DNA of 64,000 nt, from the NCBI GenBank assembly GCA_003446015.1, contig DMBU01000068.1:27286-91285 (forward strand), given 5' to 3'. Numbering within the stretch: the stretch's first letter is position 1; every line of letters starts with the position of its first letter. This DNA is from Bacteroidales bacterium (lineage in GTDB: Bacteria; Bacteroidota; Bacteroidia; Bacteroidales; UBA12077). The notes below the pieces were generated by a model. That model worked only from the letters and a program-made list of their open reading frames with translations, had not been told where the DNA came from and did no database searches. The position numbers were made by a program, and so were the translations under genes. Shown here piece after piece: positions 9,392 through 16,301 of the stretch.

Positions 9392-9490
9392 TGTTTCAAT
9401 TAAGGTTTGATGTTATTAACCCGTGAAATGCCATCTCCGGATCATAAGATTTGGAGATGGTAAATTTATTAACCCGTTAAATGATGATTT

Positions 9491-9826
9491 ATGGAAAATG
9501 TTGCAATTCATATAAACAGGCCCAAAACCAGCGATCTTAAAGAAGTTGTATTTTTAGAATCCATAGGAGGATTTACAAGAAAATATTGCAATAATGGAAG
9601 AGAATTTTTAGTTGAAAATGATTTACATAAACTAGAGGAAAGCCTACCTAAAGAAAAATTCTTTAAAATAAACGATTCGTTTATTATAAATGCCGACTAT
9701 TTAAAACGAATAAAAGTTCGGGCAATAAAAAATGTTTTATTACTAGGAGGAATAGAATTAAACATTGCTCAGGACAGATACTGGGAACTGGTTAAGTTTC
9801 TGAAATTTAAATATAATGTTTGGTAA
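9491..9826 (+). CDS. Stand-alone LytTR DNA-binding domain protein (no receiver domain)
   Basis: 111 aa. FFKINDSFIINADYLKRI. Clear paralog of 9885..10235. Confidence 0.7.
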   Translation: MENVAIHINRPKTSDLKEVVFLESIGGFTRKYCNNGREFLVENDLHKLEESLPKEKFFKINDSFIINADYLKRIKVRAIKNVLLLGGIELNIAQDRYWELVKFLKFKYNVW

Positions 9827-9884
9827 GATGCTTTGAGTTTAGGCTTAAAAATTTTAATCGTAAGATGATTTTTGGTGCTACATT

Positions 9885-10235
9885 ATGACGAAAAAGGCTA
9901 TTCTATTTAATGATAATGATAATTCGTTACTAGTAAAAAAACTTGACGAGATTGTTTATATGGAATCTTTCGGATGCAAGACCAAAACTTGTTTTTGCGA
10001 TGGGAAGGAACTTTTAATTAAAAAATATTTAAGTCAGGTTGAAGAATCTTTACCAAGTGAGAATTTTTTTAAAGTACATAAGTCGTTTATTATTAATATT
10101 AAATATCTCAAAGGGATTAATGTCAATACAAAGAAATCTGTTTTATTGAATGATGGGATCGAAATTAAAATCTCACATAGAAAATATAAAGATTTTATGG
10201 AATTCGTAAAAAATCGTTTTGTTATCTGGCAGTAA
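9885..10235 (+). CDS. Stand-alone LytTR DNA-binding domain protein (no receiver domain)
   Basis: 116 aa. FFKVHKSFIINIKYLKGI. Confidence 0.7.
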   Translation: MTKKAILFNDNDNSLLVKKLDEIVYMESFGCKTKTCFCDGKELLIKKYLSQVEESLPSENFFKVHKSFIINIKYLKGINVNTKKSVLLNDGIEIKISHRKYKDFMEFVKNRFVIWQ

Positions 10236-10255
10236 ATGAAAAGATTATTTATATC

Positions 10256-10295
10256 AAAGACCTAACAAGTTTAAAAATTTGTTAGGTCTTTTTTT
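10256..10295 (+). terminator. Strong rho-independent terminator ending the regulatory gene run
   Basis: Perfect 13-bp stem AAAGACCTAACAA / TTGTTAGGTCTTT with a 10-nt loop and a T-run. Confidence 0.8.
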
Positions 10296-10547
10296 AATCA
10301 AGAATTTATTCTGTTGAAAACTTTAATCAAAAATATTCATACGAAAAATTTAGAAAATGATACGACGATCATAAAAAATCAAACGAAAATTGTTTTTTAA
10401 GCTTTTTTGCAGAATTAACCATTTTGATGGCTTAAGAATTGTTTATAAATTCACTTAAAATCGGGACTGGATTATCAATTTATTAGTTAAAAAATTTACT
10501 CAAAAACTATTTGAGAAATAATTATTTATTTAATTAAGTAAATCAAC

Positions 10548-12164
10548 GTGAAAAATACTTCTATTTTTTTATTAAAAAAGCTTCTTAAAGCCTACACGAT
10601 TAAATTAGATGAAAAGGAGCTGGAATTTCAGCTATTAAGTCATCCTTCGTTTCCAAGTTTGCATTCTTTGACTGGCGTTCTTGACCATTTTAAAATAGAA
10701 AATGTTGCTCTGGAAGTTCCAAATAATTTGGAAACCCTAAGCCAAATGCCTAAAGTTTTTATTGCATATATAAAAAAGGGAAAAAGTGATGATTTGGTAT
10801 TGGCCACAATTGCCGACTCTCAGGTTACACTTATCTATAACGATAAAATTAGAGAAGTTTTATCATTAAATCAATTTTGTGAAATTTGGTCCGGGATTTT
10901 TATAGCCATTGAAAAAGATAATGAAGTAATTTCAAAATCAAAAGTAAGCCTAAAAGGTTTAAGAGCCTTACCTGTATTACTTACATTACTTGCGCTAATT
11001 ACGTTATTTTTTACTTTTAAACCAGGGTTGTTTCAATCAATTCATTTCTTACTTTCGTTTATCGGATTTGGGGTAAGTATAATAATAGTAAAACATGAAT
11101 TAGGACTTTATTCAAGGATTGCAGATAAAGTTTGCTCAGGAAATTACAAGAAAATTAATTGTGATGAGGTACTTAAATCAAAGGCAGCGTCATTCTTAGG
11201 ATTTATTAAATTAAGTGATATTGGAATTGTCTATTTTATTTCAATGATTTTATCATGGATGCTTATTATTATAAGTGGAGCCAGCAATACAACAATAATT
11301 TTAATTACTATACTGGCACTGCCGTTTACACTATATTCTGTTTCATATCAATATTTTATAGTAAAAAAATGGTGTGTGCTATGTTTAAGTATTGTTTTAA
11401 TACTGTGGTTACAAGCATTCTCATTGTATTATAGTGATTTTAAATTTAATCAGGTTATACTTAGCCCAATTAGTTTGAAGTTAATTGTAGTTAGTGTACT
11501 ATTTTCAATTGTTGCCTGGCAATTTATTTTACCTAGACTAAAAAAAGAGCAGGCTTTTGTTAAGCTTAAAATAGAACATTTTAAGTTTAAACGGAACTTT
11601 AGCTTGTTTAAAGCACTGCAATCAGTAATAAATCCAATAAATACAACTATAAATGGTATACAGGAAATTCAATTTGGCAATAACCCAAAATTCCTTCATG
11701 TAATAATAATTACAAACCCATTGTGTGGGTACTGCAGGGAAACTCATGCTTTAGTTGAAAAATTACTGGAAAGAACAGGTGTCGAGTTGCAGGTTACAAT
11801 AAGATTTAATGTAAGTCTAAAAGAAGAATCTATAGATACCTCAATAGCACATAAACTTTTCGAAACATATAATGCAAAAGGGGAGAAAGAGTGTTTAAAC
11901 GCGATGCACGATATTTATGGTAAACTAAACCCAACGGACTGGTTCAAGAAATGGGGAGAACCTTCAAGTCATCAATATATAGAGTCATTAAGTAAGCAGA
12001 AACAGTGGTGTGTTAAATCAAATATAAATTTCACCCCCGAAATTTTAGTAAATGACAAAGCATTTCCAAAGGAATATGAGCGGTTGGATTTACTATATTT
12101 CTTAGACGATATTATTGAAGATGTTAGGGAGGAAACATTGGTTTTAATTAAGGAAGAAGTATAG
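10548..12164 (+). CDS. Fusion protein: degenerate C39-like N-domain, VKOR (vitamin K epoxide reductase) membrane domain and thioredoxin/DsbA-like domain
   Basis: N-terminal ~130 aa resemble a C39 domain but lack the Cys and His. VKOR loop cysteines CSGNYKKINC and membrane CXXC (WCVLC). C-terminal thioredoxin-type CGYC. GTG start taken from the ORF track. Confidence 0.7.
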   Translation: MKNTSIFLLKKLLKAYTIKLDEKELEFQLLSHPSFPSLHSLTGVLDHFKIENVALEVPNNLETLSQMPKVFIAYIKKGKSDDLVLATIADSQVTLIYNDKIREVLSLNQFCEIWSGIFIAIEKDNEVISKSKVSLKGLRALPVLLTLLALITLFFTFKPGLFQSIHFLLSFIGFGVSIIIVKHELGLYSRIADKVCSGNYKKINCDEVLKSKAASFLGFIKLSDIGIVYFISMILSWMLIIISGASNTTIILITILALPFTLYSVSYQYFIVKKWCVLCLSIVLILWLQAFSLYYSDFKFNQVILSPISLKLIVVSVLFSIVAWQFILPRLKKEQAFVKLKIEHFKFKRNFSLFKALQSVINPINTTINGIQEIQFGNNPKFLHVIIITNPLCGYCRETHALVEKLLERTGVELQVTIRFNVSLKEESIDTSIAHKLFETYNAKGEKECLNAMHDIYGKLNPTDWFKKWGEPSSHQYIESLSKQKQWCVKSNINFTPEILVNDKAFPKEYERLDLLYFLDDIIEDVREETLVLIKEEV

Positions 12165-12210
12165 ATTCCGGATAATTATCTAGGAATTACTAAAATATTT
12201 TTTTGAAATG

Positions 12211-12260
12211 AAAAACCGAAACCTTGACGGTTTTAAGTGCTCAAGGTTTATTAACCCAAA
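12211..12260 (+). promoter_or_regulatory. Conserved precursor 5' element, copy 1
   Basis: AAAAACCGAAACCTTGACGGTTTTAAGTGCTCAAGGTTTATTAACCC ends 14 nt before the ATG at 12272. Near-identical copies lie at 12508 and 12912, and a diverged copy at 13420. Confidence 0.6.
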
Positions 12261-12271
12261 ATTTTATTAAT

Positions 12272-12418
12272 ATGAAAAATTTAAAAAATTTAAAAGGAGC
12301 TAAGAAGCTTAGCAAAATGGAGCAAAAAGCGATTAAAGGAGGCTATGCCTGCAGAGAACCCGAAATGTGGTGCCCTCCAGGAAGTTGTTGTGTAAATGGT
12401 CTTTGCAGGCTTTGTTAG
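12272..12418 (+). CDS. GG-leader precursor peptide A1 (MKNLKNLKGAKKLSKMEQKAIKGG|YACREPEMWCPPGSCCVNGLCRLC)
   Basis: In-frame internal start of ORF 12224..12418, chosen by paralog alignment. 24-aa leader ending in GG. 6-Cys core. Confidence 0.8.
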   Translation: MKNLKNLKGAKKLSKMEQKAIKGGYACREPEMWCPPGSCCVNGLCRLC

Positions 12419-12442
12419 CGGTTAATCTCACTATTCATGAAG

Positions 12443-12470
12443 TTACCTGAAATTGTTCAGGTAATTTCTT
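12443..12470 (+). terminator. Hairpin after precursor A1
   Basis: TTACCTGAA-attg-TTCAGGTAA followed by a T-rich tail. The homologous hairpin after A3 differs by pair-preserving (C-G to U.G wobble and U-A to C-G) changes. Confidence 0.55.
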
Positions 12471-12507
12471 AATAATTTTATATGAACATAGTGTGTAATA
12501 TATGTAT

Positions 12508-12560
12508 AAAAACCGAAACCTTGACGGTTTTAAAATGCTCAAGGAATATGAACCTAAAAT
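12508..12560 (+). promoter_or_regulatory. Conserved precursor 5' element, copy 2
   Basis: AAAAACCGAAACCTTGACGGTTTTAAAATGCTCAAGGAATATGAACC upstream of the ATG at 12570. Confidence 0.6.
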
Positions 12561-12569
12561 TTTAATAAA

Positions 12570-12743
12570 ATGAAAGATTTAAAAAATTTAAAGGGTGCTA
12601 AAAAGCTTAGCAAAAATGAACAACGATCTATTAAGGGAGGGATTGACATATGTGATATATACGGACATGATTGTCCTGAAGGTTATGTGTGTCAATGGAG
12701 AAACAGAACTACGGGTTGGTGCATACCTTATATTGAAGATTAG
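12570..12743 (+). CDS. GG-leader precursor peptide A2 (MKDLKNLKGAKKLSKNEQRSIKGG|IDICDIYGHDCPEGYVCQWRNRTTGWCIPYIED)
   Basis: Hand-translated, below the ORF-track size cutoff. Leader nearly identical to A1. 4-Cys core. Confidence 0.8.
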   Translation: MKDLKNLKGAKKLSKNEQRSIKGGIDICDIYGHDCPEGYVCQWRNRTTGWCIPYIED

Positions 12744-12750
12744 TTGTCAA

Positions 12751-12791
12751 AGTAAACTATAGAATACCCGACAGATTTTCTATCATTTACT
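12751..12791 (+). terminator. Interrupted hairpin after precursor A2
   Basis: AGTAAA..ATAGAA / TTCTAT..TTTACT. No clear T-run. Confidence 0.3.
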
Positions 12792-12911
12792 CATTATGAG
12801 CATTGAAAAGTTTTGTTTTTGAAAAATTTGAATCTGCTTAACAGAACGGGTCTTATAATGAATAATTTTAACAAAGTTTCATGACAAGCGAATTTACTTT
12901 AGAGTTGCTAT

Positions 12912-12960
12912 AAAAACCGAAACCTTGACGGTTTTAAAATGCTCAAGGTTTATTAACTTA
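12912..12960 (+). promoter_or_regulatory. Conserved precursor 5' element, copy 3
   Basis: AAAAACCGAAACCTTGACGGTTTTAAAATGCTCAAGGTTTATTAACTT upstream of the ATG at 12971. Confidence 0.6.
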
Positions 12961-12970
12961 AAAGTTTTAA

Positions 12971-13141
12971 ATGATGAAAGATTTAAAAAATTTAAAAGGC
13001 GCTAAGGTACTTAGCAAAAATGAGCAAAAAGTAATAAAAGGTGGATATGAGAAATGTGGGTTACATCCTGATCTAGGAACACTATGCCATGTAGGTTTTT
13101 GTTGTGTAGGCAGCGCTTGTTTGCCTTGTATGGAACCGTAG
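12971..13141 (+). CDS. GG-leader precursor peptide A3 (MMKDLKNLKGAKVLSKNEQKVIKGG|YEKCGLHPDLGTLCHVGFCCVGSACLPCMEP)
   Basis: Hand-translated. Leader homologous to A1 and A2. 6-Cys core with the same C-C-CC-C-C order as A1. The start could be the second ATG at 12974. Confidence 0.8.
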   Translation: MMKDLKNLKGAKVLSKNEQKVIKGGYEKCGLHPDLGTLCHVGFCCVGSACLPCMEP

Positions 13142-13168
13142 CTAAAACTTTTTTTGGCTCTTATGAGG

Positions 13169-13189
13169 TTATCCGAATTTTTCGGGTAA
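13169..13189 (+). terminator. Hairpin after precursor A3
   Basis: TTATCCGAA-ttt-TTCGGGTAA at the same relative position as the A1 hairpin. Confidence 0.45.
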
Positions 13190-13419
13190 TCTCTTATCTA
13201 GTCTTTTAGAAAAACAAAAGTTTCGTTGAATTCTATGAAACTTTATGAAAATTAAAGTTTTATATATTATTATTCAGCTGTTACCTGCAAAAGATATATT
13301 TGCCAAATGATAGCTGGATTTTTGACTTAATGATTATCGATAGTATTAAAATACTGGAGGTAGTTATGTTGACACTAAGTGATTAGCGAAAGTTTTATAA
13401 AATAATTGCGAGCAATGAA

Positions 13420-13468
13420 TAAACCGAAACCTTGAAGGTATTAGGTGTTCAGGAATTATTAACCCAAA
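13420..13468 (+). promoter_or_regulatory. Conserved precursor 5' element, diverged copy 4
   Basis: AAACCGAAACCTTGAAGGTATTAGGTGTTCAGGAATTATTAACCC upstream of the ATG at 13479. Confidence 0.5.
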
Positions 13469-13478
13469 TTTTTTAAAA

Positions 13479-13640
13479 ATGAAAAACAAAAAAAGATCAG
13501 ACTATTCATTATTATTTGATAATGAAAAAGCAATGTCTAAAGATGAACTGAATTTAACTAAAGGAGGTAGTGCATGTAATAATTTTCCAGTATTTGCAGG
13601 ACCCGTTTTCATGGGTTGGGCATATATTGGTCTCGGTTAA
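13479..13640 (+). CDS. GG-leader precursor peptide B1 (MKNKKRSDYSLLFDNEKAMSKDELNLTKGG|SACNNFPVFAGPVFMGWAYIGLG)
   Basis: Hand-translated. 30-aa leader of a second class ending in KGG. Hydrophobic core with 1 Cys. Confidence 0.7.
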   Translation: MKNKKRSDYSLLFDNEKAMSKDELNLTKGGSACNNFPVFAGPVFMGWAYIGLG

Positions 13641-13682
13641 CAACAATAAAAAATAATTAAACATTATCTAAATAAAAATAAA

Positions 13683-13856
13683 ATGAAAAAAGATAACAAA
13701 AACAGTTTTGAGTTAATCTTTGAGCAAAAAGATTTAATGAATAAAAATCAGATGAATGTTTTAAAGGGTGGAGCCCCATCTGGTTGTGTGGATATAAATA
13801 TTGGTTTCATTGCTTGTACAAATTTATGTATTGGTAAAGCACAGTATCCAGAATAA
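13683..13856 (+). CDS. GG-leader precursor peptide B2 (MKKDNKNSFELIFEQKDLMNKNQMNVLKGG|APSGCVDINIGFIACTNLCIGKAQYPE)
   Basis: Hand-translated. Leader alignable to B1 (S-(D/F)-(Y/E)-(S/L)-(L/I)-(L/I)-F...KGG). 3-Cys core. Lies 42 nt after B1. Confidence 0.7.
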   Translation: MKKDNKNSFELIFEQKDLMNKNQMNVLKGGAPSGCVDINIGFIACTNLCIGKAQYPE

Positions 13857-13892
13857 TTAAGGATAGAAGAATAATAGGTCCTTTTCGTTACA

Positions 13893-13923
13893 AAGAAAGT
13901 TACAAAAATGTTGTAACTTTCTT
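13893..13923 (+). terminator. Strong hairpin terminator after the precursor array
   Basis: Perfect 13-bp stem AAGAAAGTTACAA / TTGTAACTTTCTT with a 5-nt loop. Confidence 0.7.
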
Positions 13924-14145
13924 ATTTAAATGAGTAATATCATGAGTAGCTTGCAATTATAAATTATCAAATTACCTGAATATTTATACTAAAGAATAAA
14001 GTAGGATTGTTAAATTAAATTTAGCATCATAAAACACTCATATCAGTATTAGCACCTAGTTAATAAATTCTAATGATTAAATGCTTGTAGTAGAAATAGT
14101 TAAATAAATAATAAAGTAATATAGAAGAATTTAGAAAAATCTAAA

Positions 14146-15498
14146 ATGAATAATTATATGAATGAATACAAGAACTCCTCCCTTTTTTTTAATCCACATG
14201 GGGATATTATTAAAAATCAAGAAAAGAATCAGGTTGCATTAATAAATCCATTACTAAATACTTGGATTAAGATTAGTTGTAATGCATATGAAATGATTGA
14301 AAAGCTTACAAGTTCAAGTATAAATGGGTTAATTGAAAAGCAAGAAATAGATGAAGATTCTAAAGATGATTTTGTAAAATTGGTTAATTATTTAATCAGT
14401 AATAAATATCTATTGACAAAGTTTGAATATGATGTATTTAAAAATGTAAATATCTTAGAAGGCTATCAGGAAATGGTAAAATCAGTATTGCCAGAAATGT
14501 CTAAAAGACTATATTTAAGCCTTACTTCATCTTGTAATCTAAAATGTATTCATTGCTATAACACTGTAAAAAAGCCTAGTGAATATTTGGGTGAAGAAGA
14601 TCAAATTATTTATGATATTTTAGAAAAATTGAAGGATAATTATTTTTATGAGATTATCCTTACTGGAGGAGAACCATTTCTTAGAAAAGATATTTTTGAA
14701 ATCATAGAACAAACGATTGAAATTAGTAAAGAAGTTACAATAAATACAAATAGTTTATTATTAAATAAACAAAAAATAGAAAGATTAAAGAAGTATAAAA
14801 ATCTTACAATAGCTGTAAGTTTGGATGGTTTAACAAAAGCAACGCATGAAAACATTCGAGGTGTAAATACATTCGAGAAAACATTAGCAAATATTAATGC
14901 ACTAATTAAAAATGGGATTAAAACACATATTATTGCAACAGTTACAAAAAAGAGTTATAAAGAATTAGTAGGATTTGATGATTTTATTAAAGAATTAAGA
15001 ACTACTGGTAATTTAAGTTTTTTTACTCCTGTAGGAAAGGGCAAGGAATCGATTGATAATCTGATTATGGATAATAACGAACTTCAAGAATATTCAAATT
15101 TATTATTTGAAAAGCATAAAGATAAATTTGCAGATCAATTTGAAAAAGATAAAAATCATTCAATTCCAATTAAATTTAATTGTTCTGCTGGAATTGGTAT
15201 TTTAGGAATTGAACATACGGGAAGAGTTGTGCCATGTCATTTATTTCTCGGGAAAGATATTTCTCTTGGAAATATTTTGAGCGAATCGTTAGTAGACATG
15301 CAATTAAAGTGGTTAAAAAATGGAATTTTATCGGTTGATAGTAATTCTGAATGCAAAGATTGCTCAATAAGACATTTTTGTGGTAATGGTTGTTTAGCAA
15401 ATACTTATTACAATAATGGAACATTTAATGGAAAGGACCCTAATTGCCTCATCCATAAAATAGGAATACAGAGTAAAATATGGTATTGTGAAAATTAA
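14146..15498 (+). CDS. Radical SAM/SPASM-domain peptide maturase with N-terminal RRE-like extension
   Basis: CNLKCIHC (CX3CX2C). Cys-rich C-terminal SPASM-type region (CSAG...PCH ; CKDCSIRHFCGNGC...NC). About 120 aa precede the rSAM core. Confidence 0.8.
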   Translation: MNNYMNEYKNSSLFFNPHGDIIKNQEKNQVALINPLLNTWIKISCNAYEMIEKLTSSSINGLIEKQEIDEDSKDDFVKLVNYLISNKYLLTKFEYDVFKNVNILEGYQEMVKSVLPEMSKRLYLSLTSSCNLKCIHCYNTVKKPSEYLGEEDQIIYDILEKLKDNYFYEIILTGGEPFLRKDIFEIIEQTIEISKEVTINTNSLLLNKQKIERLKKYKNLTIAVSLDGLTKATHENIRGVNTFEKTLANINALIKNGIKTHIIATVTKKSYKELVGFDDFIKELRTTGNLSFFTPVGKGKESIDNLIMDNNELQEYSNLLFEKHKDKFADQFEKDKNHSIPIKFNCSAGIGILGIEHTGRVVPCHLFLGKDISLGNILSESLVDMQLKWLKNGILSVDSNSECKDCSIRHFCGNGCLANTYYNNGTFNGKDPNCLIHKIGIQSKIWYCEN

Positions 15499-15523
15499 TC
15501 TTTGTTTAATTAATTTAAAAATA

Positions 15524-16171
15524 ATGGATTTAAAGTTTTTTAAGAAGAACCTGATTGACTACTTATTTCTACCATTTTTAATTATTTCATTTTATTTGTA
15601 TTTAAATGAAAACAGACAAGGACTATTTGGGTATTATGTGATAATATTTGCTGTTTTAGTAGTCCTTAAATTCTCAAAGGAAGGATTTATAAATCTTTGT
15701 AGTTTATCTCTGGGTCAGGAACATAAAAAGATTTCTTTTGTTTCTTTTATGCTTTTAATCGTATCTTCAATTATTACATCTAATATTATATCATTTATCA
15801 TTCAAAGCAAATTTTTAAACGAGCATTATACAACAAAAAATTATTTTGATTATAATTTTTTGTATGTGTTTTTTATTTTTAATACTGTTCGCATATTTGG
15901 TGAAGAACTAATATTTCGAGGCTTTCTATTAATTGAGGATATTAGGATGAATAAAAGCGTATTTTGGTGGTTAAATCTCTTACAGGCTATTATGTTTAGT
16001 TTGATACATAGTTTTTTTGTGGAAGAACTGTCAAGTAAACTTGTTTTTACAAGCTACGTATTTTTATTCTCAATTTTTGCGGGTTGGATAAATAAGAAAT
16101 ATAATAGTTTACTCCCCAGTTGGATAATTCATTGGGCTAATGGGATTCTGAACTTTCTATATGTATTTTAG
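15524..16171 (+). CDS. CPBP-family intramembrane glutamic endopeptidase (CAAX protease / bacteriocin self-immunity type)
   Basis: EELIFRGF, FSLIH and IIHWANG motifs in a polytopic membrane protein. The alternative GTG start at 15488 overlaps the rSAM gene. Confidence 0.75.
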   Translation: MDLKFFKKNLIDYLFLPFLIISFYLYLNENRQGLFGYYVIIFAVLVVLKFSKEGFINLCSLSLGQEHKKISFVSFMLLIVSSIITSNIISFIIQSKFLNEHYTTKNYFDYNFLYVFFIFNTVRIFGEELIFRGFLLIEDIRMNKSVFWWLNLLQAIMFSLIHSFFVEELSSKLVFTSYVFLFSIFAGWINKKYNSLLPSWIIHWANGILNFLYVF

Positions 16172-16301
16172 CATAATTTTATTTAGAATTAACACATTTA
16201 AAAAATAGCTAATATTAGATATTGGTCGGATAATAAATATAATATTTCCTCAATTAATTTTAAATCCCTATTTTAGGAAGTTATTAAATCAATCATAAAA
16301 A

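Noticed and set aside
9428-9463. 11-aa mini-ORF MPSPDHKIWRW inside the hairpin between LytTR genes
   Set aside because: It lies entirely within a hairpin stem-loop, and there is no way to support coding from sequence alone. It is kept only as part of the direct-repeat observation.
12224-12271. N-terminal extension (MTVLSAQGLLTQNFIN) of ORF 12224..12418
   Set aside because: It overlies the conserved non-coding 5' element found before the other precursors. Paralogs A2 and A3 start at the MK(N/D)LKNLKG methionine, so 12272 is the supported start.
12211-13468. Interpreting the repeated 50-nt elements as MITEs or transposon ends
   Set aside because: All copies share the same orientation and a fixed distance upstream of precursor start codons. 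They lack terminal inverted repeats and target duplications, so they behave as gene-associated 5' regions.
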